A stretch of DNA of 30,672 nt from Gammaproteobacteria bacterium (lineage in GTDB: Bacteria > Pseudomonadota > Gammaproteobacteria > GCA-001735895): positions 1-30,672 of the forward strand of contig JAOTUD010000001.1 of assembly GCA_029864065.1 (NCBI GenBank), written 5' to 3'. Every line of letters begins with the position of its first letter. Position 1 is the stretch's first letter. A program made the translations under genes and the position numbers. Below are positions 18,573 through 26,444 of this stretch, one piece after another. Below the pieces are notes generated by a model. That model was not told where the DNA came from, did no database searches, and saw nothing but the letters and a program-made list of their open reading frames with translations.

Positions 18573-18774
18573 ATGGCTTCGGCACCCTGCAGCTCCACCG
18601 GCGAGTACCAGCCCGACTCGGCCCCTGGCCTGCCAGCGCTCTAGCGGTGGCCGCCGTGGCCACTCTCGGCGCCGAAATACCTGTTTTACGGCAGTTGACG
18701 ACGGCAGCCTGGATTCGCTGCAGGCGCAAAAGGCGCGCCTGCGCCGGCAGTACCACGCGGCCGACCGACGCTGA
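18573..18774 (+). pseudogene. Internally deleted pseudogene of a sterol desaturase/fatty acid hydroxylase paralog
   Basis: Translation from ATG 18573 (MASAPCSSTGEYQPDSAPGLPAL*RWPPWPLSAPKYL) matches 22/37 residues of the N-terminus of 19855..20838. After about 18690, DGSLDSLQAQKARLRRQ matches 11/17 of that gene's C-terminus. TAG at 18642, about 0.8 kb missing, 2-bp frameshift. Confidence 0.88.
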
Positions 18775-18797
18775 GTTTCGCCGGCCGGCCCTCGGAT

Positions 18798-19589
18798 TTA
18801 TCCTGTTCTGCGGCGGTACGGTTCGAGCCAGTCCAGCGAATCGCGCGTCGGCACGGTCGGAAAATACTCGGCGCCTATATAGCCGGCATAGCCGAGCGCA
18901 TCGACGAGGCCGAAGATCCGCTCGAAGTCGATGCCCCCGCGCTTCGGTTCGGTGCGTCCGGGTACATCCGAAAACTGGATATGCCCGACTCGCTTTATGA
19001 CGGCCGGCAGCCGGGTAGACAGGTCGGACTCCATCATCTGCATGTGGTAGAGATCGTATTGCATCAGCAGTTCGATGTCGGGTATCGAATCGGCCAGGTC
19101 CAGCGTCTGCTGCGACCCGTTCAGGAAAAATCCGGGCAAGTCGATCGTGTTAACCGGCTCGGTGAGCAACATGATGCCGAGTTCGCGGGTAAGGGCGTAG
19201 GCCTTGCGCAGGTTGGCTATGAACACGGCCTCGCATTGCGCGGGCCCATGGCGCGGGCCGGGACGGCCGGCGAGCAGGTTCATCGCGCGTGGCCGCAGTA
19301 TTTCGGCGAACACGCGCGCCTCGCGCAGGGCCTCATCGAATTCCGCCTCGCATCCGGGAATGGCTGCGAGGCCCTCGCCCCCGTCCATCAGGTCGCCGGC
19401 GGGGAAATTCATCAGCACCAGCGACAGCCCCGTTGCCGCGAGCCGGGATCTGAGGGATTTGGGATCGTGACCATAGGGAAACTGGATTTCGATCGCGTCG
19501 AATCCCGCGGCGTTGGCCTGCGCGATACGCTCGCGCATCGGGAATTCGCGAAACAACGTGGAAATATTGGCGGAAAATCGCGGCATCAT
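18798..19589 (-). CDS. hyi: Hydroxypyruvate isomerase family TIM-barrel protein
   Basis: 263 aa. MPRFSANISTLF, GFDAIEIQFPY, LLTEPVN, YDLYHMQ, GHIQFSDVPGRTEP, GAEYFP. Confidence 0.85.
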   Translation of the reverse strand: MMPRFSANISTLFREFPMRERIAQANAAGFDAIEIQFPYGHDPKSLRSRLAATGLSLVLMNFPAGDLMDGGEGLAAIPGCEAEFDEALREARVFAEILRPRAMNLLAGRPGPRHGPAQCEAVFIANLRKAYALTRELGIMLLTEPVNTIDLPGFFLNGSQQTLDLADSIPDIELLMQYDLYHMQMMESDLSTRLPAVIKRVGHIQFSDVPGRTEPKRGGIDFERIFGLVDALGYAGYIGAEYFPTVPTRDSLDWLEPYRRRTG

Positions 19590-19736
19590 AGCGGCCTGTT
19601 CGTCGGGATCGAACCATGCTTTGAATTTATCCGCCGTTTGTCAAGAGAATCGCATCGACCGATAGCTGTATCGGGCCATGTTCGAATTACAATCGGTCAG
19701 CGACAAGGCATAAGATTGTTACCTCAGCTCCGCTGT

Positions 19737-19752
19737 AATTAAGTAAACTGTC
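19737..19752 (-). repeat. Solo arm of the GACAGTTTACTTAATT repeat
   Basis: aattaagtaaactgtc is the exact reverse complement of 11239-11254. Confidence 0.85.
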
Positions 19753-19816
19753 ACTCTCATTAATCCACCATCGCAGGTGACGCCTACGGAGCTTTACCCG
19801 CGGCGTTAGTCAGCGT

Positions 19817-19822
19817 TAGAAT
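19817..19822 (+). promoter_or_regulatory. Candidate -10 box (TAGAAT) of the desaturase-mttB-panE operon
   Basis: TAGAAT lies about 35 nt upstream of ATG 19855; the same motif precedes the paralogous pseudogene. Confidence 0.35.
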
Positions 19823-19854
19823 CAGCCGATTGATTCGGCCACGGGCGTAACCGG

Positions 19855-20838
19855 ATGAGCTCAATACCCTGCAATCCAACCGGCAAGTATCAGCCGGAGA
19901 AAACCATTGGCGTTCCGGCGCTGTATGTCTGGCCGCCGCGCCCGCTGGCGGCATTGAAGTATCTGGTTTTCGATATGCTGTTTCCGTGGGGTTACCTGTA
20001 TATCGGGCTCGCCTTCGTATCCTGGTATTACCTGACCCCGCCGCTTGCGGCCATGGCCGAAGTTCATCCAGGCTGGATAGCGCAGATCTGGTTACGCAAC
20101 GCCGCGTTGCTGACCCTGGTCGCGGGTGGATTGTACTGGTGGCTGTACCTGCGCCGGGGACAGGGTCGTAAGCACAAGTACCACGACAAGTGGCCGGCTA
20201 CGGGCAACAAGATGTTCCTGTGGGGTAACCAGGTATGGGACAACGTGTTCTGGAGTATCGTTTCCGGCGTCACCATCTGCACTGCCTACGAGGCGTTTAC
20301 CATCTGGATTTATGCGAACGATTTTTTGATCCTGCCGACGATTGCCGAGCACCCGGTTTATTTCCTGGTTTGCGTCTGGGGTGTATTTTTCTGGGGCTTT
20401 TTTCATTTTTACTGCGTGCATCGGTTCATGCACTGGCAGCCGGTTTACGAGATCGTGCACGAACGCCACCATCGAAACGTCAACACCGGACCCTGGACCG
20501 GCATTTCGATGCATCCGTTCGAGCATGTTCTCTACTTTAGTGTATTCATCCCGTTCTGGTTTTTGCCGGTACACCCGGTCATCATCGTGCTGCTAAGCCT
20601 GTTCATGAGTATCGGGCCCGCGCCATCGCACTCGGGCTTCAACTTCGTCGAAATAAAAGGCATGCGTTTTTTTGCCGGTGACTGGTTTCACCAGTTGCAT
20701 CACCAGTATTTCAATTTCAACTACGGCAACACCCCCGCGCCGATGGATAAACTGTTCGGCAGCTGGCACGACGGCAGCAGGGATTCGCTGCTGGCGCAAA
20801 AACAGCGCAAGCGCGATCGACGCAGGCAGGCCGCCTGA
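19855..20838 (+). CDS. Sterol desaturase / fatty acid hydroxylase superfamily membrane di-iron enzyme
   Basis: 327 aa with TM segments and His boxes HFYCVHRFMH, HERHH, SMHPFEH, SHSG, HQLHH, plus FNYG...DKLFGSWHDG. Confidence 0.9.
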   Translation: MSSIPCNPTGKYQPEKTIGVPALYVWPPRPLAALKYLVFDMLFPWGYLYIGLAFVSWYYLTPPLAAMAEVHPGWIAQIWLRNAALLTLVAGGLYWWLYLRRGQGRKHKYHDKWPATGNKMFLWGNQVWDNVFWSIVSGVTICTAYEAFTIWIYANDFLILPTIAEHPVYFLVCVWGVFFWGFFHFYCVHRFMHWQPVYEIVHERHHRNVNTGPWTGISMHPFEHVLYFSVFIPFWFLPVHPVIIVLLSLFMSIGPAPSHSGFNFVEIKGMRFFAGDWFHQLHHQYFNFNYGNTPAPMDKLFGSWHDGSRDSLLAQKQRKRDRRRQAA

Positions 20839-20849
20839 GTCAACCGTCT

Positions 20850-22403
20850 ATGTCTGATCACGAGTCTGACCCGCGCGCCAAACGAAAATCGCGCCGCCGC
20901 CGGACCGGCGCCACCGAGCACAAGTCGAGGTCCGCCCGCTTGAGCGGGACCGTCGGCGGGCGCTACCAGCCTTTGAATCCGTCCGATCTGCCTAAAATCG
21001 ACCAGGCGGTGCGTGCCATCCTTGCCGATGTCGGCATGGCCGAGGCCCCCCAAATCGTCATCGAACATGTCATCCGCGCGGGCGGTAGCCTCGATGCCGA
21101 AGGCCGTCTGCACTTTTCGCCGGAATTGATCGAAAACGCGCTCGGCGGGCTATCCCGCGATTTCACGCTCTGTGGACAAAATCCGGAGTACGACATGCAA
21201 CTCGGTGTGGCGCGCGTGCATGTCGGTTCCGGTGGCGCCGCGCCGCTGATACTGGATCTCGAAACCCAGCAGTACCGCGAGTCGACCCTGCGCGATCTTT
21301 ACGATGCCGCGCGCGTGGTCGACAGCCTCGAACATCTCCACTTTTTCAGCCGCTCGCTGGTGGCGCGCGACATGCCCGACCTGCGCAGCCTCGATATCAA
21401 TACCGCCTACGCCTGCCTCGCCGGTACTGCCAAGCACGTGTTCGTAGCGGCGTCCGAAGCCGCGCACGTCGAGGAAATCGCGGCAATGTGTTACACCATA
21501 GCCGGTTCGCGTGAAGCTTTCCTGGCGCGGCCGTTTTTATCGATGAACTGCAACCCGCCGGTGCCGCCGCTGCGCTTCGATGCCGTATCCTGCGAAATTG
21601 CCGCCGAGGCGGTGCGCTGCGGCATCCCGCTGCATTCCAATACCTTCGGCCAGATGGGCGCGTCGAGCCCGGTGACGATGGCCGGCAGCATCGCGCAGAC
21701 GATTGCCGAGACGCTGTCCGGGATGATTTTTGCCTGGCTGTTGAACCCGCAGGCGAAAGTCATTTTCGGCACGCGCCCGATGCTGACCGACCTGCGCACC
21801 GGCGCGATGAGCGGCGGCAGCCCCGAGGGTGCGATCGCGACGGCGGCCAGCGCGCAGATGGCGAATTACTACGGGCTGCCCAACTCGACCATTGCCGGCG
21901 CCACCGACAGCAAGATCGCCGATGCGCAAAGCGGTTACGAAAAAGGCCTGACGGTTACGCTCGCGGCGCAGGCCGGTTCCAACCTGATCACCCAGGCCGG
22001 CGGCATGCAGGCGAGCCTGATGGGCTGCGCGCTGGAAAGTTACGTCATCGACAACGACATGCTCGGCAGCATCATGAAATCCCTGGCCGCCATCGAAGTC
22101 AGCGATGAGACCCTCGCACTGACCGCGATCGACGAAGTCGCCCATGGCGAGGGACATTTTCTCGGACAGGCGGAGACGCTCGAACGCATGCAATCCGATT
22201 TCGTCTACCCGCAGATCGCTGACCGGCGCAGCATCCAGGAATGGGTCGCGGATGGCAGCAAGGATATCCGCGAAGTCGCGCGCGAGCGTACGCGCGAGAT
22301 TCTGCGGACCCATTACCCGGCGCATCTATCCGCGGAACTGGACGCGGAGTTACGACAGAGATTTGATATTCGTTTACCCCGAGCAGATATGGGGGCAGCG
22401 TGA
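20850..22403 (+). CDS. Trimethylamine methyltransferase (MttB) superfamily, non-pyrrolysine member
   Basis: 517 aa. AGATDSKIADAQSGYEK, AGSNLI, VIDNDM, GEGHFLG motifs. No in-frame TAG, so no pyrrolysine. Confidence 0.9.
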   Translation: MSDHESDPRAKRKSRRRRTGATEHKSRSARLSGTVGGRYQPLNPSDLPKIDQAVRAILADVGMAEAPQIVIEHVIRAGGSLDAEGRLHFSPELIENALGGLSRDFTLCGQNPEYDMQLGVARVHVGSGGAAPLILDLETQQYRESTLRDLYDAARVVDSLEHLHFFSRSLVARDMPDLRSLDINTAYACLAGTAKHVFVAASEAAHVEEIAAMCYTIAGSREAFLARPFLSMNCNPPVPPLRFDAVSCEIAAEAVRCGIPLHSNTFGQMGASSPVTMAGSIAQTIAETLSGMIFAWLLNPQAKVIFGTRPMLTDLRTGAMSGGSPEGAIATAASAQMANYYGLPNSTIAGATDSKIADAQSGYEKGLTVTLAAQAGSNLITQAGGMQASLMGCALESYVIDNDMLGSIMKSLAAIEVSDETLALTAIDEVAHGEGHFLGQAETLERMQSDFVYPQIADRRSIQEWVADGSKDIREVARERTREILRTHYPAHLSAELDAELRQRFDIRLPRADMGAA

Positions 22404-23326
22404 AAATAGCCATTTTCGGAGTCGGCGCGATGGGTTCGGTTTATGCCGGGCTCATGGTCGAGGCCGGGCACGAGGTCTGGGCAGTCGATATCTGGCAGGA
22501 ACATGTCGATGCGATCAACCGGGACGGGCTGCGCGTCGAGGGTGCGAGCGGGGATCGCGTGGTGCTGGGTATCCATGCGACCAGCAAGGCAGCCGATGTG
22601 GGTGATTGCGAACTTTACGTGCTCGCGACCAAGGCTTCGGGGGTCGGGCCCGCGGCGGAAATGATTGCGCCGTTAATGGGTGTGGATTCGATGGTCATCA
22701 CCATTCAAAACGGTCTCGGGGCCGGCGAACGTATCGCGCAATACATGGACACCGATCGGGTATTGCTTGGCGTCGCCGACGGTTTCGGCGCATCGATGAA
22801 GGGTCCCGGTCACGTGCATCACAACGCGATGAATCTGATACGCATCGGCGAGATGGACGGCGGCATGAGCGAACGCCTGCAACAGGTCACCCGGGTCTGG
22901 CAGGAAGCCGGATTCAACGCCAGGGCCTTCGAGGACATTGACCAGCTGATCTGGGGCAAGTACATCTGCAACGTCGCCTTCAGCGGGCCCTGCACCGTGT
23001 TCGACTATACCCTCGGCGAGCTGATGGCCGATCCCGCGGCCTGGGCGATCGCGCAGGGCAGCGCGCTCGAGGTTTATGCGCTGGGCCGGGCGAAAAACAT
23101 TGGCTTCACCTTTGACGATCCGATCGAGTACATCACAGCCTTCGGCCTCAAGATGCCGGACGCGCGCCCGTCGATGCTGCTCGATCATCACGCCAGGCGC
23201 CCGTCCGAGATCGACGCCATCAACGGCATGGCGGTCGAACTCGGCCGGCAGCTTGATATTCCAACGCCGTACAACGAAGTGCTGAGCGCCGTGATTCGCC
23301 ACCGCGAAGCCGGCTTCCAGGCCTGA
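22400..23326 (+). CDS. Ketopantoate reductase (PanE/ApbA) family oxidoreductase
   Basis: 308 aa. GVGAMG, LATKA, IQNGLG, IWGKYICN, PSMLLD...SEIDAING. GTGA overlap with the mttB stop. Confidence 0.88.
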   Translation: MKIAIFGVGAMGSVYAGLMVEAGHEVWAVDIWQEHVDAINRDGLRVEGASGDRVVLGIHATSKAADVGDCELYVLATKASGVGPAAEMIAPLMGVDSMVITIQNGLGAGERIAQYMDTDRVLLGVADGFGASMKGPGHVHHNAMNLIRIGEMDGGMSERLQQVTRVWQEAGFNARAFEDIDQLIWGKYICNVAFSGPCTVFDYTLGELMADPAAWAIAQGSALEVYALGRAKNIGFTFDDPIEYITAFGLKMPDARPSMLLDHHARRPSEIDAINGMAVELGRQLDIPTPYNEVLSAVIRHREAGFQA

Positions 23327-23469
23327 CCAGGACAGCTTCTCGTTGGCGGTCTGCATTCCCCAAAACAATGAGGGAGGGGGTCCGTCCCATTGTTATCCAC
23401 AAAGGAGACCCTCGTAAGCACCTGATGGGAGGCAATCTTCGGCGAGTCTCAGGCGCTCGGCAAGCTGAG

Positions 23470-23492
23470 AAAAACCCGCATATTAGCGGGGT
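23470..23492 (-). terminator. Candidate intrinsic terminator on the minus strand
   Basis: Minus strand reads accccgc-taatat-gcggg-ttttt: GC stem followed by a T-run. The plus strand has no T-run after the stem. Confidence 0.45.
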
Positions 23493-24094
23493 AATATATC
23501 AAATTATTGAATTGCTTTGCGTACTCTATTCTGCAATTAGGTATTCCTAATTTTAAGGTACTTATTGATTATCTGTTTACACAACATAATCCTTCGGCTG
23601 CTCTATCATCGTTTCATACTTGGGCCGAACAGAGAATAAAATTACTCAACGAAGTCGAAAATTTCACCGGGGAGCTTTGATCGGTTCAAGAAACCGAGCT
23701 GGCTATATTGAGAGTGTTTTATAGACCGCTTGCCATTTTTTTGATCAAGGAGTTTTACAATATGCGCGGCCTTGACGGGTCGGCTGAAATAATAACCTTG
23801 AAGGCGAGTCGTGCAGCCAGATCAATTTATTTCCGGAATCGCTAGACCATAACTAATACGAAGGCGAGTGTCGCAATTGGTTCGTTTCTCGCCGCCCATT
23901 TAAATCGTTTATGCGTCTGCTTTCCCGATACCAAACGCTCATAATCGCTTCCCGAGCGGGGTACTTCGGCCAGTTGGGGGCATTGATTCGCACCTGTGAA
24001 AGCAATCAGGCATGGCTTCTGCAAGCCCCGACCATTATTATCGAATCCAGTTCATGTGGAATGCACACAGGTCAAAAAATGTTGGAGGTATTCA

Positions 24095-24826
24095 ATGTCT
24101 ACGCCAGTTTGCGCGATTGTCGGTGCGGGTGAAGGCCTTGGTCGATCGTTGGCAGCGAAGTTTGCCGGCGAAGGTTTTGATATCGGTTTCATTTCGCGCA
24201 CAGAAGAAGGCAGTCGTGCCGCAAACGACGCGGCCGTAAAATCTCGCGTCGACACCAAAACCCGGCATTTCCCCGCCGACGCGACACAACCATTGTCCAT
24301 CGAGCAGGCGATGAGCAAGCTGGTCGATGTGGTTGGCGATGTCGACGTGCTTATCTACAACGTGTGTGACGGATTTCCGCGCTGCGAACCGCTCGATATG
24401 CGCTACGACGAGATGGAAAGTATTTTTCGGCTGGAAGTCGTCGGCGCATTCGCGGCGGCGAAATCGGTCTTGCCTGTGATGCGGCAAAGAGGATCGGGTA
24501 GCATATTCTTTTCCAGCGCCACCGCGGCCCTTCGCGGATCGGCGAACTACCCCCTGTATTCCATCGCTAAATTTGGTTTGCGCGCACTGTCGCAAAGTCT
24601 CGCGAGGGCCTATGCAAAAGACGGTGTACATATCGCCCATATACGGCTCGATTGCGATCTGGATGTCCCCATCATGCGCGAGCTTTACGCTGACAGCTAC
24701 GACCCGGACACTCTGGCCGATCCGGATGCGGTGGCGGAATCCTACTGGCTGCTTCACTGCCAACCACGATCCGCATGGAGCAATGAAGTCGAGTTGCGAC
24801 CCCATACAGAGAACTGGACCTTTTGA
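24095..24826 (+). CDS. SDR family oxidoreductase
   Basis: Start reassigned to ATG 24095, preceded by SD GGAGGT. VGAGEGLG, FFSSATA, YSIAK (YxxxK), GVHIAH. Confidence 0.88.
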   Translation: MSTPVCAIVGAGEGLGRSLAAKFAGEGFDIGFISRTEEGSRAANDAAVKSRVDTKTRHFPADATQPLSIEQAMSKLVDVVGDVDVLIYNVCDGFPRCEPLDMRYDEMESIFRLEVVGAFAAAKSVLPVMRQRGSGSIFFSSATAALRGSANYPLYSIAKFGLRALSQSLARAYAKDGVHIAHIRLDCDLDVPIMRELYADSYDPDTLADPDAVAESYWLLHCQPRSAWSNEVELRPHTENWTF

Positions 24827-24882
24827 TTGCAGGCGGCGGTTTTCGGTAGAATGAAACAATCCCTGACTGATGAGCGATATCA

Positions 24883-25731
24883 ATGAACAATCAAGCAAGT
24901 TGTCTGTGCGGTAGCCTGCGCTGGGAAATCACGGCGGAACCATTTAACGCCTTCAATTGCCATTGCAAGATGTGCCGTAAGGCCCATGGTTCGGCGTTTG
25001 GCACTTACTGGTTCGTCAAGCCGGAGCAATTCAACTGGCTTAGCGACACCGATAGCATTGTGCGTTATCGCTCGTCGCATTTGCTGACCCGCAGTTTTTG
25101 CGGGACCTGTGGCTCGGTAGTGCCTTACCCCAGCGGACAGAAGGATCACTGGGTGGCACCAGGCGGATGCCACGATGACGGCAAGAAATCGGACTGTCAT
25201 GTCTTCGCCGCGCATAGCGCACCCTGGTACGGCATTACCGGTGATCTTCCCCGGTACGACGACTACCCCGATTACACCGGGATGGAGCGCGTGGAAGAGG
25301 AACCGCTCGAACCCGGACCTGCAGGTATCGTGCGTGGCAGCTGTTTGTGTGGAACCGTGAAATACCAGATTAGCGAGCCATTTAAACTGGTGCAGAATTG
25401 CCACTGCCATCGATGCCGCAAGGCCCGTGCCGCGGCGCACGCGACCAACGGTTTTACGTCGATTGATGGCGTCAAGTTTGTGCAGGGTGAAGAGTGTCTG
25501 GCGTATTACAAAGTGCCCGATGCGAAATATTTCATGCAAGTGTTTTGCAAAACCTGCGGATCGAAGATGCCACGCCTCGACCCCGACAGAGGGATTGCGG
25601 TGATACCATTCGGCGGTCTGGATGACGACCCCGAAGTCAAACCCTCAAGACATATCTACGTCGATTACATGGCGAAGTGGTACGAAATCACCGACGACTT
25701 GCCGGTGTTCAACGAAGAGCCCACGAGCTGA
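24883..25731 (+). CDS. GFA/Mss4-like Zn-binding protein with two tandem GFA domains
   Basis: 282 aa. Two copies of CLCG...CHCxxCRK...FCxxCGS (CHCKMCRK and CHCHRCRK). Confidence 0.9.
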   Translation: MNNQASCLCGSLRWEITAEPFNAFNCHCKMCRKAHGSAFGTYWFVKPEQFNWLSDTDSIVRYRSSHLLTRSFCGTCGSVVPYPSGQKDHWVAPGGCHDDGKKSDCHVFAAHSAPWYGITGDLPRYDDYPDYTGMERVEEEPLEPGPAGIVRGSCLCGTVKYQISEPFKLVQNCHCHRCRKARAAAHATNGFTSIDGVKFVQGEECLAYYKVPDAKYFMQVFCKTCGSKMPRLDPDRGIAVIPFGGLDDDPEVKPSRHIYVDYMAKWYEITDDLPVFNEEPTS

Positions 25732-25752
25732 TCCGGGGAAACGTATTAACTT

Positions 25753-26376
25753 ATGACCCAGACTACGATGCTCGATGAAATTATACCCGCGGGGAAATCC
25801 TGGTCGGCAGTCGTTGCAGAGGGACACTATCTCACCATCGTGGATATCGAGGGCCAGCAAGGCGTGGATTTCTTATGCTACAACGCCGATGACCCCGCGG
25901 AGAGATACCACGCACCAAATACATTAAAAGCGATACAGACGTTAAAACTCACTAGCGGACACAATCTTTATTCCGATATCGCGCGGCCCATATTCACCAT
26001 TACTTACGACAGCTGTGACGGCCACGACACCATCGGCGGCTGTTGTAGCGCGCCCAGTAATGAAATGCTATACGGCGTTAAAAATGTCCCCGGCTGCAGA
26101 GAAAACTTTTTATCCGAGTTATCCAGGCACGGACTTGGACGTAAAGACATTGTTCCCAACATCAACTTTTTCTGTAATGTGCCGGTCAATGCAAACCGGA
26201 TGGCGCCCAGTGTATTCGTCGAAGGTGGATCGAGTCCCGGGGATTACGTGAGCCTGCAGGCGAAGATGAATGCATTAGCCGTAATTTCGAATTGCCCGCA
26301 ACTGAATAATCCCTGCAATAGCGGCAAGCCCACGGATATTCGGGTAATTGTTTCGCAACGGCCCTGGAGTCCGTAG
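25753..26376 (+). CDS. Urea carboxylase-associated family protein (DUF1989; UAAP2/CgdB-like)
   Basis: 207 aa. IVDIEGQQGVDF, HDTIGGCCS, CRENF, NINFFCNVPV, SNCPQLNNPCN. Confidence 0.85.
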   Translation: MTQTTMLDEIIPAGKSWSAVVAEGHYLTIVDIEGQQGVDFLCYNADDPAERYHAPNTLKAIQTLKLTSGHNLYSDIARPIFTITYDSCDGHDTIGGCCSAPSNEMLYGVKNVPGCRENFLSELSRHGLGRKDIVPNINFFCNVPVNANRMAPSVFVEGGSSPGDYVSLQAKMNALAVISNCPQLNNPCNSGKPTDIRVIVSQRPWSP

Positions 26377-26423
26377 AAAATTATGCTGGCAGTTAACATA
26401 ATTCATTCATCATTCACCGCGAA

Positions 26424-26438
26424 GCCCTGAAAAAGGGC
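26424..26438. terminator. Small hairpin between convergent genes
   Basis: gccct-gaaaa-agggc between the stops at 26376 (+) and 26445 (-). Short stem, no clear U-tract. Confidence 0.3.
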
Positions 26439-26444
26439 GCATGA

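Noticed and set aside
19659-19674. Palindrome ccgata-gctg-tatcgg upstream of hyi
   Set aside because: Single occurrence with no cognate regulator; indistinguishable from chance.
20850-22403. Pyrrolysine-containing MttB
   Set aside because: The ORF has no in-frame TAG, and no pyl genes are in the window.
23393-23401. DnaA box TTATCCACA suggesting an origin
   Set aside because: I saw only one copy, with no box cluster and no dnaA/gidA context; a single 9-mer can arise by chance.
23403-23455. Glycine-riboswitch-like words (GGAGA...CACC...GCAA...TCTCAGG)
   Set aside because: The core CCGAAG spacing and P2/P3 stems do not fit, and it lies downstream of an operon rather than in a leader. An Rfam scan would settle it.
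25728-25752. Further copy of the dispersed repeat (ctgatccggggaaacgtattaactt)
   Set aside because: It shares ctgatccgggga with 14125-14136, but the diagnostic CAGTTTAYTTAATT core and its spacing are not conserved.
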